Source: Paragordius varius
Lineage: Eukaryota; Animalia; Nematomorpha
Assembly (NCBI GenBank): GCA_964247055.1
Contig: OZ176050.1
Location: 8,680,001-8,744,000, forward strand
Length of the DNA: 64,000 nt
Direction of reading: 5' to 3'
A program made the translations under genes and the position numbers. The notes under the pieces are model-generated. The model worked only from the letters and a program-made list of their open reading frames with translations. It was not told where the DNA came from and did not search any database. Positions 51,701-64,000 of this stretch are shown piece after piece (positions within the stretch are counted from its first letter, which is position 1; each line of letters opens with the position of its first letter).

Positions 51701-54700
51701 CCCAATTTGTCGAAAACGATATTCTACCTCATCAAATATCACGAATGAGATTATAATGGAATGTAGCAAATGTTTTAGGTATGTCCGCTCCTTATATTTT
51801 GATTTTTTTAGTTAAAAACATATCTTTTAAAAGTCTTTTGTTGTTTTAATGCTTTATTTTCTATTAATTATTATATTTATGTGTATCAAAAATTATCAAA
51901 ATATAATTTACATTTATTTTATATCACATATTAATTAGATGGGTACATGGGGCTTGTGAAAATATAAGAGATGAATGGGATGCCGGTTATGCCATTGAAA
52001 AGGGTTTCATATGCACACCCTGTAAGAAGTTTGAACAGAGCCGTCGAATAAAAACCTTGAAACATGCATCACTTAATGGAACACGCCCTGGCCATTTGCG
52101 AAAACAGCATTTAAAAACTACAGGTTTTGTATATTAATTTATTCACAGTTTTAATTTGAATTAATTCAAATATTTAAATATATTATAATGAAATTTTAGT
52201 TCTCAATATTTTTAGTTTTGAATGGTTGGTAGATATAATGATTTACAGTATGCATTTTAATGTCTGTTAAGTAATTTTATTGCCTGCCAAATAACATAAA
52301 TGGTTTATCAAAAGCGTAAAATACTGACCCACGAAATTATTTCGTAGTACACATATGAAAGAAGATTGACGTGAGAATTAACATAGGCTTTAATTTGATG
52401 GATATTTTGTAATGTTAAATTTTGGGAATATTATAGCAATTTATGTTAACATTTGTAATATTGTTGTTACGTATTTAGATGCGGAATTTTGTGGGTTTTT
52501 ATCTTTGATAAATTAATAAATAGCAAAATACGTATTTTAAGATATTTTATGTTAATTATTCCTAAATTTAATAATAAATATTTTTCAACATGCTAAATAC
52601 CTGTATTAATTAATCTTGGTATTATAATTTTATATAGTTGTTATTACTAATTAAAAAAACACAGGTAAATATATATTTGTGAAAATTTAAGTAGATTTTT
52701 GTCTTTTATGTTTTGCATTATTTTTATCAGGTAAAAATTGCGGTTTTTAATAAATTTCCTAAAAATTTAGTTTTTTTTGTTTTTTAGGTTTTGCATTGTT
52801 AGTTGTAATTAATTACTACATATTTTGGACATTATAATAAATAGAGGTAAAAATTGCGGTTTTTAATAAATTTACTAAAAATTTAGTTTTTTAGGTTTTG
52901 CATTGTTAATTGTAATTAACTACTACATATTTTGGACATTTTAATAATTACAGGTAAAAATTGCGGTTTTTAACAAATTTAGTAAAAATTTTGTTTTTTT
53001 TGTTTTTTTAGGTTTTGCATTGTTAATTGTAATTAACTACTACATATTTTGGACATTTTAATAATTACAGGTAAAAATTGCGGTTTTTAACAAATTCAGT
53101 AAATATTTAGTTTTTTTTGTTTTTTTTAGGTTTTGCATTGTTAATTGTAACTAACTACTGCATATTTTGGACATTATAATAATTACAAAATTTAGTAAAA
53201 AGTTAATTTTTTTGTTTTAGTGGATTTTCATTGTTAATTGTAATTAATTAATTTTGGACATTTCAATTAATAAAGGTAAAAAATGAGGTTGTTTTTATAT
53301 TTAATAAAATTTAATATTTTCTTGTTTTTTTATTTAATATTGTTAATTGTATACTACATATTTGGAAATTTTGATAAATACAGGTGAAAATGGCGGTTTT
53401 TAACAAATTTCAAATGTAACATTTTTTGTATCTTGTATCATTGTTATTTAATTAATTACTAAATATTTTGGACATTTAAAAAACTTGTGTAAATTGCGGT
53501 TTTTATTAAATTAGTAAATTTTATTTTTTGTTCAACCTTGCTAATATATTTATCACTATATATTTGTGATACATTGATATATACAGGTAAAAATTACTAT
53601 GACTTGCGGTTTTTTGAATTTTTTAAAATATTTTTTTTACATTGATAACTTATATAATAAATATAGTTAACATATCTGAGTAGGTAAAAATGCATGTTAC
53701 GGTTTTATGTTTGACATTTTATTTTCCATCAACTATTTATATTTTAACAAACAACTTATGTCACCAAAGATTGAAAATAAGATCAAGATATATAAAACAT
53801 CTTTTAAAGTATCTGAATATCGCCAAATATAAATAAATTTATTTAAATTATAAATGTATAATTATACAAAATATTCATATTATGTTTGAAATTAACATTC
53901 TTCTTATTGATATTAATACAGGTAATTTGTTTATATAAATAATGTACGATGCGGTGTGCGTTCATGATGATCATATGGATTCAAGAATAGTATAAGATGT
54001 AGATAATCCTGAAAATTTTAATCACCATCATTTTTTAGGTAGATTCTATCACCTAAAATATAAGATAATTGATATATTAGAAAATTGATACCTGGATTAA
54101 ATATTGGGGGAAACATTCATAGTTTGAAAGGGAACTCAAAAGGTTGACTTGGCTTTTTAACAACTAAATTTGCAAAAAAATATTTTCTTCATGATAAAAA
54201 ATTCAAAAATGATACCTTATTTTACGTTTTCGTTTTACCATTCTAAACTATAAATATAAAAAATTATTCTTCACCAAAGCAAACAATGTTAGTGTTGCCT
54301 GCTTTTGGAGTGCTGCTGCATTCCAAGCTTTTGAAAAAAATTATTTGTTTCTATTTTCTATTTGACGTCATTGGTATGGTGAAATCATATAAGCCTTTTC
54401 ATATTTATAGTTTAGGATGGTAGAACGAAAAAAAACATAAAGTATCATTTTTGAATATTTTATCATGAAGAAAATGTTTTTTAGCAAATTTAGTTGTTAA
54501 AAAGCCAAGTCAACCTTTTGAGTTCCCTTTCAAACTATGAATGTTTCCCCCAATATTTAATCCAGGTATCAATTTTCTAATATATCAATTATCTTATATT
54601 TTAGGTGATAGAATCTACCTAAAAAATGATGGTGATTAAAATTTTCAGGATTATCTACATCTTATACTATTCTTGAATCCATATGATCATCATGAACGCA

Positions 54701-57700
54701 CACCGCATCGTACATTATTTATATAAACAAATTACCTGTATTAATATCAATAAGAAGAATGTTAATTTCAAACATAATATGAATATTTTGTATAATTATA
54801 CATTTATAATTTAAATAAATTTATTTATATTTGGCGATATTCAGATACTTTAAAAGATGTTTTATATATCTTGATCTTATTTTCAATCTTTGGTGACATA
54901 AGTTGTTTGTTAAAATATAAATAGTTGATGGAAAATAAAATGTCAAACATAAAACCGTAACATGCATTTTTACCTACTCAGATATGTTAACTATATTTAT
55001 TATATAAGTTATCAATGTAAAAAAAATATTTTAAAAAATTCAAAAAACCGCAAGTCATAGTAATTTTTACCTGTATATATCAATGTATCACAAATATATA
55101 GTGATAAATATATTAGCAAGGTTGAACAAAAAATAAAATTTACTAATTTAATAAAAACCGCAATTTACACAAGTTTTTTAAATGTCCAAAATATTTAGTA
55201 ATTAATTAAATAACAATGATACAAGATACAAAAAATGTTACATTTGAAATTTGTTAAAAACCGCCATTTTCACCTGTATTTATCAAAATTTCCAAATATG
55301 TAGTATACAATTAACAATATTAAATAAAAAAACAAGAAAATATTAAATTTTATTAAATATAAAAACAACCTCATTTTTTACCTTTATTAATTGAAATGTC
55401 CAAAATTAATTAATTACAATTAACAATGAAAATCCACTAAAACAAAAAAATTAACTTTTTACTAAATTTTGTAATTATTATAATGTCCAAAATATGCAGT
55501 AGTTAGTTACAATTAACAATGCAAAACCTAAAAAAAACAAAAAAAACTAAATATTTACTGAATTTGTTAAAAACCGCAATTTTTACCTGTAATTATTAAA
55601 ATGTCCAAAATATGTAGTAGTTAATTACAATTAACAATGCAAAACCTAAAAAACTAAATTTTTAGTAAATTTATTAAAAACCGTACCTCTATTTATTATA
55701 ATGTCCAAAATATGTAGTAGTTATTTACAATTAACAATGCAAAACCTAAAAAACTAAATTTTTAGTAAATTTATTAAAAACCGCAATTTTTACCTCTATT
55801 TATTATAATGTCCAAAATATGTAGTGATTAATTACAACTAACAATGCAAAACCAAAAAAACAAAAAAAAACTTAATTTTTAGGAAATTTATTAAAAACCG
55901 CAATTTTTACCTGATAAAAATAATGCAAAACATAAAAGACAAAAATCTACTTAAATTTTCACAAATATATATTTACCTGGTTTTTTTAATTAGTAATAAC
56001 AACTATATAATATTATGATACCAAGATTAATTAATACAGGTATTTAGCATGTTGAAAAATATTTATAATTAAATTTAGGAATAATTAACATAATATCTTA
56101 AAATACGTATTTTACTATTTATTAATTTATCAAAGATAAAAACCCACAAAATTCCGCATCTAAATACGTAACAACAATATTACAAATGTTAACATAAATT
56201 GCTATAATATTCCCAAAATTTAACATTACAAAATATCCATCAAATTAAAGCCTATGTTAATTCTCACGTCAATCTTCTTTCATATGTGTACTACGAAATA
56301 ATTTCGTGGGTCAGTATTTTACGCTTTTGATAAACCATTTATGTTATTTGGCAGGCAATAAAATTACTTAACAGACATTAAAATGCATACTGTAATATTG
56401 TATATACTTTATTGTAGATAAGCTTATGACAAATATAACCAAATCAAAAAATTATGTTGAATTTCTTTATTTCTTTAAACACTGTGTGCAAAAAAGAGGG
56501 TTAATTTTACAAAAAAAAAATTCATGAGGTAACTTATGACTAGCATATTCATTTTTCCGAAAAAATTTTATATGTTGAAGACCTAGTTTTTAAAATATTG
56601 ATTAATCAAAATTGGGCAAATAGTATAAATTAACGATAATTTAGCAGTAATAAAATAATGATAAATAGTCGGAATATCAAAGTATATAAAATTTAACAAA
56701 ATAGGATTTAAAGGTATTGGAATATCAACCAACAATCTGTACAAATCCCTGTAACAAGGTTTTAACACAAATTTATATTTTTACTGGGATCTGTACTGAT
56801 TTTCGGTTGATATTCCGTTACTTGTGAATCCTATTTTGTGTAATTTACATGGTTTATAATTCCCCGCTATGTAAAATTCCAAAATCCAACAATAAATTTT
56901 CATACACTCATAAACCAGATAAAAAAATGAAAAATAAAAAACTATATTTTTTGTTTTATTTTGATGTATATTTTCACTGAATAAAATATGAATGTTAAGA
57001 TTTTAATGTGAGTTTAGTTAGTAAATAATTATAATAAATATTTTAATATAGTTTAATAAAATTTTCTATCTTCTAAGTATGTAAAAAAATGCCATTTTTC
57101 GATCTAAGTTTTTATAAAAACCCTAACTATATTATTTTAAGATATCGTAAATATCTTCTAAAATAATAATAAACCATAATATCTTAACTTTTATCATATA
57201 TTTTGAATTATCCTTAACTTTGACTTTTTGCCCAATTTCGATTTTTTCTCAATATTTCAAAAACTAGGTCGTCAAAAAAAGATTTTTGCGGCAAATAAAT
57301 TCGCTCGTCATAAGCTATCTTATAAAAAACAGTGAAATATGATATTAATGTATTTTAAACTTAAAATTATATTAATTGATATGTATATAAATTTTAGCAA
57401 ATGCTTATAAATTAAAAAATGTCAATCCTATAATGGCCGAAGTTACATGTACTGATGTAGTCACTAATCTCAGTCATGAATCAACTAATTTAACTACACT
57501 ATCAAACATAGATGCAAAAATGGACACATCCGGAGAAAATTTAAATAATACTGATGGTAAAAATTTATTATTGTAAAATATAATTAAATACAAAAATTAT
57601 ACCTTTTATTTATATATTTGTTATCTTTTACATAATAATTTATTATATCTAATGTGCCAATTAATTATAATTAAATTAATTCCCTTGTATATTTTTCATT

Positions 57701-60700
57701 TTCAGGTCACATTACTCAAACCATAATTTTAAGCGCTCAGCTCCAAAATACTAACGACGCTAAAGAAACTTTTACTCAGCAAGTCGAAAGCGAAGTAGAG
57801 CCAAAATATATTTTTTCACAAACCATTGATGTAAACAACACCCTTAAAACTGAATTCCATGCGGAAGAATTAATGGATACGACTACGTGTATAACTACAG
57901 AAAAAACTGATGAATTCACTCATCAAAATGCTATAGAAGCGTTTCCCTTTACTTTGGCACACACAAATAATCAGGAAGTTTATGTTGGTGAAACTGATAC
58001 CACCACTACACTTTTTCGTACGAAAGATGAAAGTCAAAGTAGTTTTAATACCATCAAAAAAGTTGTGGAAGATGTTTTAGGTAAATTTGATTCCCACTTT
58101 TGATTTAATTTTATTTAATTTATGTTCTATCATTAATATACCATATACAATCAAATTCACCCTTAAACAATTAAAATTCACCCTATAACAATTTAAATTC
58201 ACCTTCAAATAAATTATATGTTTTTTAAGTTTAAAAATTTTTACATATATGATTAAAAAATAAATTAAAATAATACTGAAAAAATAATAAACTATTCCTT
58301 AAAGATATATTTTTTATTAATAATGAGTTATAATAGTTCGAAAACACACAATTTATAGGGTGAATTTGAATTGTTCAAGGGTGAATTTAAACTGTAAATG
58401 GTATATATATAATTTGCTCATTAGCTTCTTTGTTGGATCAAGTTGAAAATAATTTGGTGAAAATTCCGACACAAAAGCAATTCATTTTTGATTTCCCACC
58501 TTTTCCGGAAACGGAACAAACGTCTCAACATAATTTGCAAAACCTTTTTGGTATAATTTCTTATTAGGGCTAAATTGTATTATAATATAATTATTTATTA
58601 AAAAATATTCATTTATTTGACTGATGTATCTATTCTTTCCAATGTTGTTGAATAAGTTTAAATAATGACTGTTTATAACACTTTTTGCAGTGCAATTCAA
58701 CCGTTACCCTAACTTAAAAGCAACCATAAATCAACTATCATATAGAAAATAATGTCCATAAAGAAATTATTTTTTGGATATTGTATTCCTAAAGATAATT
58801 ATACTAAAATCGAAAATTCTAAAAATTATTTTTTTTCATATCATTTTTTAATAGTATAAATATGCATGATCTGTATAATTATCACATTTTTTGATAAATT
58901 TAATACAATTAATGCTCGAGCACTCATATATCGATAATGCACAATCTTTATCACCGTCAGTCCTGAGCAGACCTCTGTTAACATAGCACATAAGAGCCTT
59001 GAATAAAAGATAAGTCCATACTCTAAAAATGGGAGAGAGTATAAATCGAGGGTGCCAATACAAATGCCTTCGCTGGCCGCATTTTTGACTCATAAAATTC
59101 GGCGGGCCGCATTCGAAAAATATAGAGGCAATAATAACTTTTTTATTATATTTTAAACATAAGACTGTAAAATTAATTACGAACATCATATAACTACCAT
59201 TTATTATTACAATTTTTGGTATAGGTCATCTCCAAAATTTGAGACATAATCTAAATTTTTGTAGCAATATCAATTATACTTAAATTAAATGGCATTTTTT
59301 TAAATTATAAAATTTTGTATTTGATATTTTTTGATATTTCTCGCCGGCTGGAAAAATTATTCCGAAGTCCACGTGTGTGTTCGACATCCTTGGTCTGAAC
59401 TGTATATTTACATTTATTACACTATCTTTATGTACTGTTGTTTAAATAAGTATTTTAATTTATTCTTACCCTAACTTTAAATAAACACTACACCACATTC
59501 AAAAGATTTCAATCATGCAACACATCAACAACAATCGCAAGCAATGTTGACAGGTCCTGAACAAGCCCCTTTGTCAACCATCACCCTTTTAAATTGCAGC
59601 ACTACACATAGTAACAGCAATAAGGATAAAGATAGTCCTCACATAAGAGGCCCCTCAAATAAAATTGGTTCAGGCATCGGTGGTTTTTTCGTTAAACCTC
59701 GAAAATCTTTACCGAGCTCGACATCGAATAACTCAACAGCTATATTACACGAAAGTGGAGTTGGTTTAATAAACGGTGGTGAAACTACAGAAGATTCACA
59801 AAGCCTAGCTGGTCATAACACTATAAATTCGGGGATGATGGAAGGAGGAGGGGGCATTCGACATGGGTTAGTTTTTTGATTTGTCCTTTACAAACCTAAA
59901 CATTAGCTTTACTCTAAGTTTTTTTCTATCTTATACGCTAAGAATTAAAACATCAGCAAAATATATAAAGTAAAAGATGATTATTTAGTTTTATAAGCAA
60001 AATTATATTTACACAATGATTACGATTGATTCATAAAAAGTTGAGACTGTTACCATTGTATTTAATTTTCTTTTTCGCAACCCATTTTATAAAAATATAA
60101 GATCTTTTATTAATTATCTTCATACATCTTTGTATGATTAATATTATGTAATTAGACTTGGATTGAATCTTTAAGAACAATAAATATTATTATACATTTT
60201 ATAACTCTTGACAATTTAGGGAACAAATGGATGTAATAATATCTGACAAATCTAAAAGGAAACGAATACCAAAAAAACGTGGTTACATTGGCGAAAATTA
60301 TCCATTTTACTTGCAGGTTAGACTATTTAGCATCTTCAATTTTTTGCATAAACTTGTGATAGTATATTTTGGTTCATAAAACAAAAATTTATTTAAACTT
60401 TTTAACACTAATTTTAAAATTATTAATATTTTAGGAGCTTTTCTTTGGTGATCTCGCCCTCAAAAATGATGCATTTGAACGAATCTATAATTCATTCAAA
60501 TCAAAGTACGCATCCACTGAGCTTATTGGTCTCAATAATTTAGATGCGTTGGAACATTTTTTTCTTGCTACCACATTTCAAACATCCCATAACACAACAT
60601 TAATGAATAATGTTAATGGCAACGCCTCCGAAGAAATTTATACTGATAATACGTTGACTTCTTTGCTACCAAAATGTGATTCTGCAATAAAATCATCCTC

Positions 60701-63700
60701 ATCATCCTATGCAGTAAATTGTTTACAAAATTTGTTTTATTTTCCACAAAATTCTTTGACTTATAATAAACCATCTTTCTCCCATGGGCTAACCAATAAA
60801 TTGGCTAAAACGACTCTTGGCCCATCGCAATTATCCATAAAGAAAAGTTTGAAAATGGATATGCTTATGAAATTATCCATACTTGATATGGTAGATTATG
60901 GTACAAAAAGTAGTCAAACCTCTTTGTTATCAGCTATTTCTTGCTTTCATACAAAGGATGATATAAATAATATGGACAATACAGGAGAAGATAATATGAC
61001 ATTTGGTATGGCAACTCAATTAATGACTATCTTAGATGGTGAGGAGATGGATGGATATAATACTGAATATTTGGAACCAATTACACAAATTTTAAAGGCT
61101 GCCCTCGATAATAATAATAAACCATTAAAAACGATTAAGCGAGAAAAGGAAAAATTTAAGCTTAAGCCATTTATTGGTGACATAAATCACCCATGGATAA
61201 ATTCATCAACTAAATTTTTGGTCCGGATGTGTGAAAAATATTTACAAAAATTTTGGATACCAGTTACTGCGACATCGACGAATTCATTATCATTTAAAAT
61301 TGAGAATAATACACAAACTCAAACCCAAAAAATGTTTGTCTATATACCATTATCGATGAAACAACATTGTATGGATAACAGTATAAATGCAAATAACACC
61401 CCTAACATATCAACAGGTTTAAATAATCAAAAATTATCAAATATGAATAATCAACGTAACTTTGGTATATTACCGTATTACTCAACAAATAATGTTATGA
61501 GAGCTATAATATCCAACATGTCTAACGCTTTAACATCATCCAAAATGGTTGTAGTAAGGTATAATTAACCGTTCTTTATGTATATACTTACAGTTTACCA
61601 CATTTTTAATATATTTTTTATGCAAAATTTTTCAACTCTATTGATAATCATTTCTCCGTTCAAATTAGTATTATTAAGATTCAAAGCTTAATTTTAAGTG
61701 TTATCTTCTACAAATCGGCAAAAACCATGATATTAACTAAAAACTAAAGCTAATGACTATTTTTTTAACATAATATTTGGGGAATAATATTGTATGCAAT
61801 TAATTATCAAAACGAAAATTAAATTACTTCTGTAATAGGGTAATGAGGTATATTCTTTTCAATCCGCCATTATGACATATTTTTTTTAAAAAAAATTACA
61901 AGTTAACAAAGAATTTATTTTTAAATTTTTTTGTTAGTTCCTCCATCTCACCCGCGTGCGAAAACTTAAATTATCAATCTTATGCCAAAGATGAATATTC
62001 TCAAAGTCTTATGCGACCTAATTACTTAGCATTAAGTACTTCAACCAAAGGTATATAATATTGGAAACATTGTTTTTTTTTTACTTGTAACATTAATTTT
62101 TAATGATATCATATATGTGTGTATTTTAAACATATAGTGGATAATTCACAATCTCGGGGGCATTTTAACAAAAATCACATGGCGATAAACAAAAACGAAA
62201 TGGCTCCAACATTTATCAAGAAGGAATTTAATCAAGTATATATTTGTATAGATAATATGACATAATAAAAATGGTTTTATTTTTTAATTATGCTTTTAAA
62301 ATTACAATATTTGACCTAAATATATATATTATAAAGATTCCAACTTCATACGGATATTCATCCAATACTAATATGAATCATATGCAGCAACCATCGCCTC
62401 ATAAACAATCCCCCAATTTCATTAATACCAAAGGTAAAATTTTTATTAATTTTATAATTAATAATTAAAAAAATTTCTTAATCCCTTATTTTTTTACCCG
62501 GATAGGTTTAGGGAATCAGTTTGGGAGAGACCATGTGCCTGCGTAAGAACATCTATAATATATATTTATCATAACTATTTTGCATTTGTTTGAAAAAACG
62601 TTTTTTTATGAAATATCGCTCGCTTATTACATCGTCAATATTTTTAAGGCTTATAATTTTGTATCAAACACAAATATATCATAAATTTTGTTTCACTTGA
62701 AATATAATAATATATTTGGCCAATATTAGTTTTGATTTGCTAATATTGTATGTAATACTAATTATTTATTCTACTTACTTATTACAGTGTTAATAATAAT
62801 AACAATCAACATGTGTTGAATTTAATAACAAATTCTTTGGCTCATGCATTGCATACCCAACAAAATAAAACGTGTATGTATACGACACCGCATCTCATTA
62901 AACAAGAAGCAGCGGGTAACTCAATAAGAAGTCCAAATTATCAAACATCGATTGGGAATAAAAATTATCATTCTATAAAGAAAGAAAATGACTTGTATAA
63001 TCAACGCACCCCTAGCAATTATAGTCATGAAACGACGAGTTGTATAACTAAAGGTTTTATATTCTCTTCTTTTTAAAATAAAATGTGGAATTTTTAATCA
63101 TAAATAATTTGATGAATTTGGACTATATTGCTTAATGTTTTGTATGAATGTTATTTCGTAATATATTACAGATGATTTGTGATCAATTTTTAAACCTAGC
63201 ATAAATTTAAGTTTGATACTCATTATGGATAGATACAATTTTAAATGTTAAAAACGTTTTAATTGACATGGGTATTATTGCGCAGAAATTATTAATTTCA
63301 AATTTAATTTAACTAAGGGCTATGGTACATAAAAATAAATTTAAACCAAGATGTTTATTGCAAACATAAACTTTTCGCTACCCTATACTTACATTCTAAT
63401 TAATGTTGTAATAAAACTCATTTTACGCAAAAATATAGAAGGTTCAATAGATTCTCCCAGCCAAAATGCCAATAATTTCCAACAAACTCAAAGAAATTTA
63501 GAACGATGGAAAAAGGATGAAGCACTTGGCACACTAGCAACCATTTCCCCTGTTCTTTATGCCAATCTCAAATATCCTGAACTCCAAACTGAATATCCAG
63601 GTTGATTTTTATTTGATTGCGCATAATTTTTGTAAAATTGTTAATAATGTTATAAGGCGGAAACATTATAAATAATTTTAACTAGGAGATATTAAATATA

Positions 63701-64000
63701 AATCCTTTATTACCAAAATGATTTGTAAATCTTTTTTTTGACGATATCTTTAAACAAAATAATTTATTAAACCAATATTGCTTCGATTTTTAATCGGATT
63801 TTGAAGTCAATTTTTTTAAAATTTTGCATTTATTCTTATATTACTTTTAGATATGTTGGAGCGTTCAAAACAAATGGCAAAAATATGGAGAAATATGCCG
63901 GCAGAAGAACGCATTCCTTATTTGCAAAAAGCGCGGGAGAATAGAGCCACACTTCGTCTTCAAAAATCATCAAAGCAGTCCAATGTTACTACAGTTAGCG
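43101..64000 (+). CDS. KMT2C: KMT2C/D (MLL3/4; trr/Lpt-type) H3K4 methyltransferase gene, 5' part (ePHD, PHD fingers, HMG box); continues past the window
   Basis: Exons include 43101-43486, 43514-43629, 43655-43764, 44350-44512, 44913-45153, 45473-45587, 46406-46707, 47625-47832, 48343-48545, 48688-48730, 49235-49381, 49608-49712, 50835-51016, 51387-51481, 51580-51778, 51939-52123, 57398-57556 and later exons to 63852-64000; the chain between about 58.5 and 62.3 kb is less certain. Motifs: CSFCF..WLGQGSL, STWVHEFC, RAGWQCHDCKIC, NCRICIDCG, EICASCGSIG, GWRCFKCIICECCG, GIGGFFVKPR, YPFYLQELFFG, RWKKDEALGTLATISPVLYAN, RIPYLQKARENRA. C versus D paralogue not resolvable. Confidence 0.92.
43487..43513 (+). 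other. 27-nt GT-AG micro-intron (KMT2 intron 1)
   Basis: GTAAATTGTGTTTTTTTTATAAAATAG; contains an in-frame TAA; the frame resumes into DELKSVGFP. Confidence 0.8.
43630..43654 (+). other. 25-nt GT-AG micro-intron (KMT2 intron 2)
   Basis: GTATAATCAATGTAATAATCTTTAG; removal gives LFDSSG-STWVHEFC (human LFDSTGTCWAHHRC as recalled); retention frameshifts. Confidence 0.9.
46075..46296. mobile_element. ~220-bp MITE with ~50-bp TIRs in a KMT2 intron
   Basis: TAAACTATATCCAAAATTTTTGATACATGGGAGTATCTTTTCAATGGATT ... AATCCATTGAAAAAGATACTCCCATGTATCAAAAATTTTGGATATAGTTTA. Confidence 0.85.
47215..47262. repeat. (TA)n microsatellite
   Basis: Pure TA run of about 48 bp. Others at about 10655, 21590, 22300, 30650, 37675, 41490 and 48735. 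Confidence 0.95.
47268..47553. mobile_element. CCATTTAC-family MITE between two (TA)n tracts
   Basis: Long (TA)n on the left; CCATTTACATTTCAAATTCACCCTTGAAC...GTTCAAGGGTAAATT...AAATGG|TATATATA. Confidence 0.85.
48735..48792. repeat. (TA)n microsatellite
   Basis: Pure TA run of about 56 bp just inside a KMT2 intron; it produces the spurious YIYIYI translation in the ORF track. Confidence 0.95.
49726..49993. mobile_element. CCATTTAC-family MITE, 13 bp downstream of a KMT2 exon end
   Basis: TATATAAA|CCATTTACAATTCCCATTCACCCTTGAA...AGGGTGAATTT x2...AAATGG|TATATTATA. Confidence 0.85.
52246..56392. mobile_element. 4.15-kb foldback element with ~2-kb inverted arms, TA target duplication and CAGTA termini (Tc1/mariner/pogo-like), in a KMT2 intron
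   Basis: TA|CAGTATGCATTTTAATG...CATTAAAATGCATACTG|TA. Left arm 52246 to ~54260, spacer ~140 bp, right arm ~54400 to 56392. Each arm carries ~105-120-bp tandem units (AGGTAAAAATTGCGGTTTTTAA...TTTTGGACATT). Confidence 0.93.
58141..58401. mobile_element. CCATTTAC-family MITE
   Basis: TATA|CCATATACAATCAAATTCACCCTT...AATTCACCC x3...GGGTGAATTT x2...TGTAAATGG|TATATATAT. Confidence 0.85.
59045..59395. mobile_element. Possible degenerate hAT-type MITE in a KMT2 intron
   Basis: GAGGGTGCCAA...GGCGGGCCGCATT...CGCCGGCTGG...TTCGACATCCTTG resembles the GC-rich GCGGGCCGC subterminal motifs of hAT MITEs; motif recall only. Confidence 0.3.

Noticed and set aside
52700-53200. Regularly spaced repeats superficially like a CRISPR array
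   Set aside because: Whole ~110-bp units are repeated with no unique spacers, the context is eukaryotic, and there are no cas genes.
54262-54400. Foldback spacer reading KAWNA... on the minus strand, like the end of a pogo/Tigger DDE domain
   Set aside because: Too short and broken to distinguish from chance.
58551-58567. Possible 17-nt intron GTATAATTTCTTATTAG in KMT2
   Set aside because: Splicing it leads to a stop within seven codons; not supported.
58848-59189. 113-aa minus-strand ORF in a KMT2 intron
   Set aside because: No recognisable domain, and it overlaps a probable MITE remnant; cannot be supported as a nested gene.

Overview
Very AT-rich animal (bilaterian invertebrate) genomic DNA with spliceosomal genes. 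I reconstructed the exon chains by hand from GT-AG sites and remembered protein-family motifs. Contents: a 14-exon secreted haem peroxidase (-, 1044-6556); a small secreted 8-Cys peptide gene whose first exon the ORF track misses (-, 11500-12432); bifunctional FAD synthase FLAD1 (+, 14923-18350); a 5-exon ephrin with a ~480-aa low-complexity stalk and a GPI-type tail (-, 18812-27031); a 381-codon disordered orphan ORF (+, 38434-39579); RagA/B GTPase (-, 39688-43070); and the 5' part of a KMT2C/D (MLL3/4, trr/Lpt)-type gene (+, 43101 to beyond the window end). The top observation is a distinct class of 21-27-nt GT-AG micro-introns: at least 7, five of them obligatory for the reading frame. They sit mostly near the 5' ends of the three housekeeping genes and coexist with ordinary 67-nt to 5-kb introns; no mapped intron falls between 28 and 66 nt. 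Also notable: the RagA and KMT2 start codons lie head-to-head only 30 bp apart; a 4.1-kb TA-flanked foldback element with ~2-kb arms sits in a KMT2 intron; inverted ends of a satellite-bearing repeat bracket the peroxidase; and several MITE families are present. No rRNA, tRNA gene or CRISPR array was found. All identifications come from recalled motifs, not database searches.
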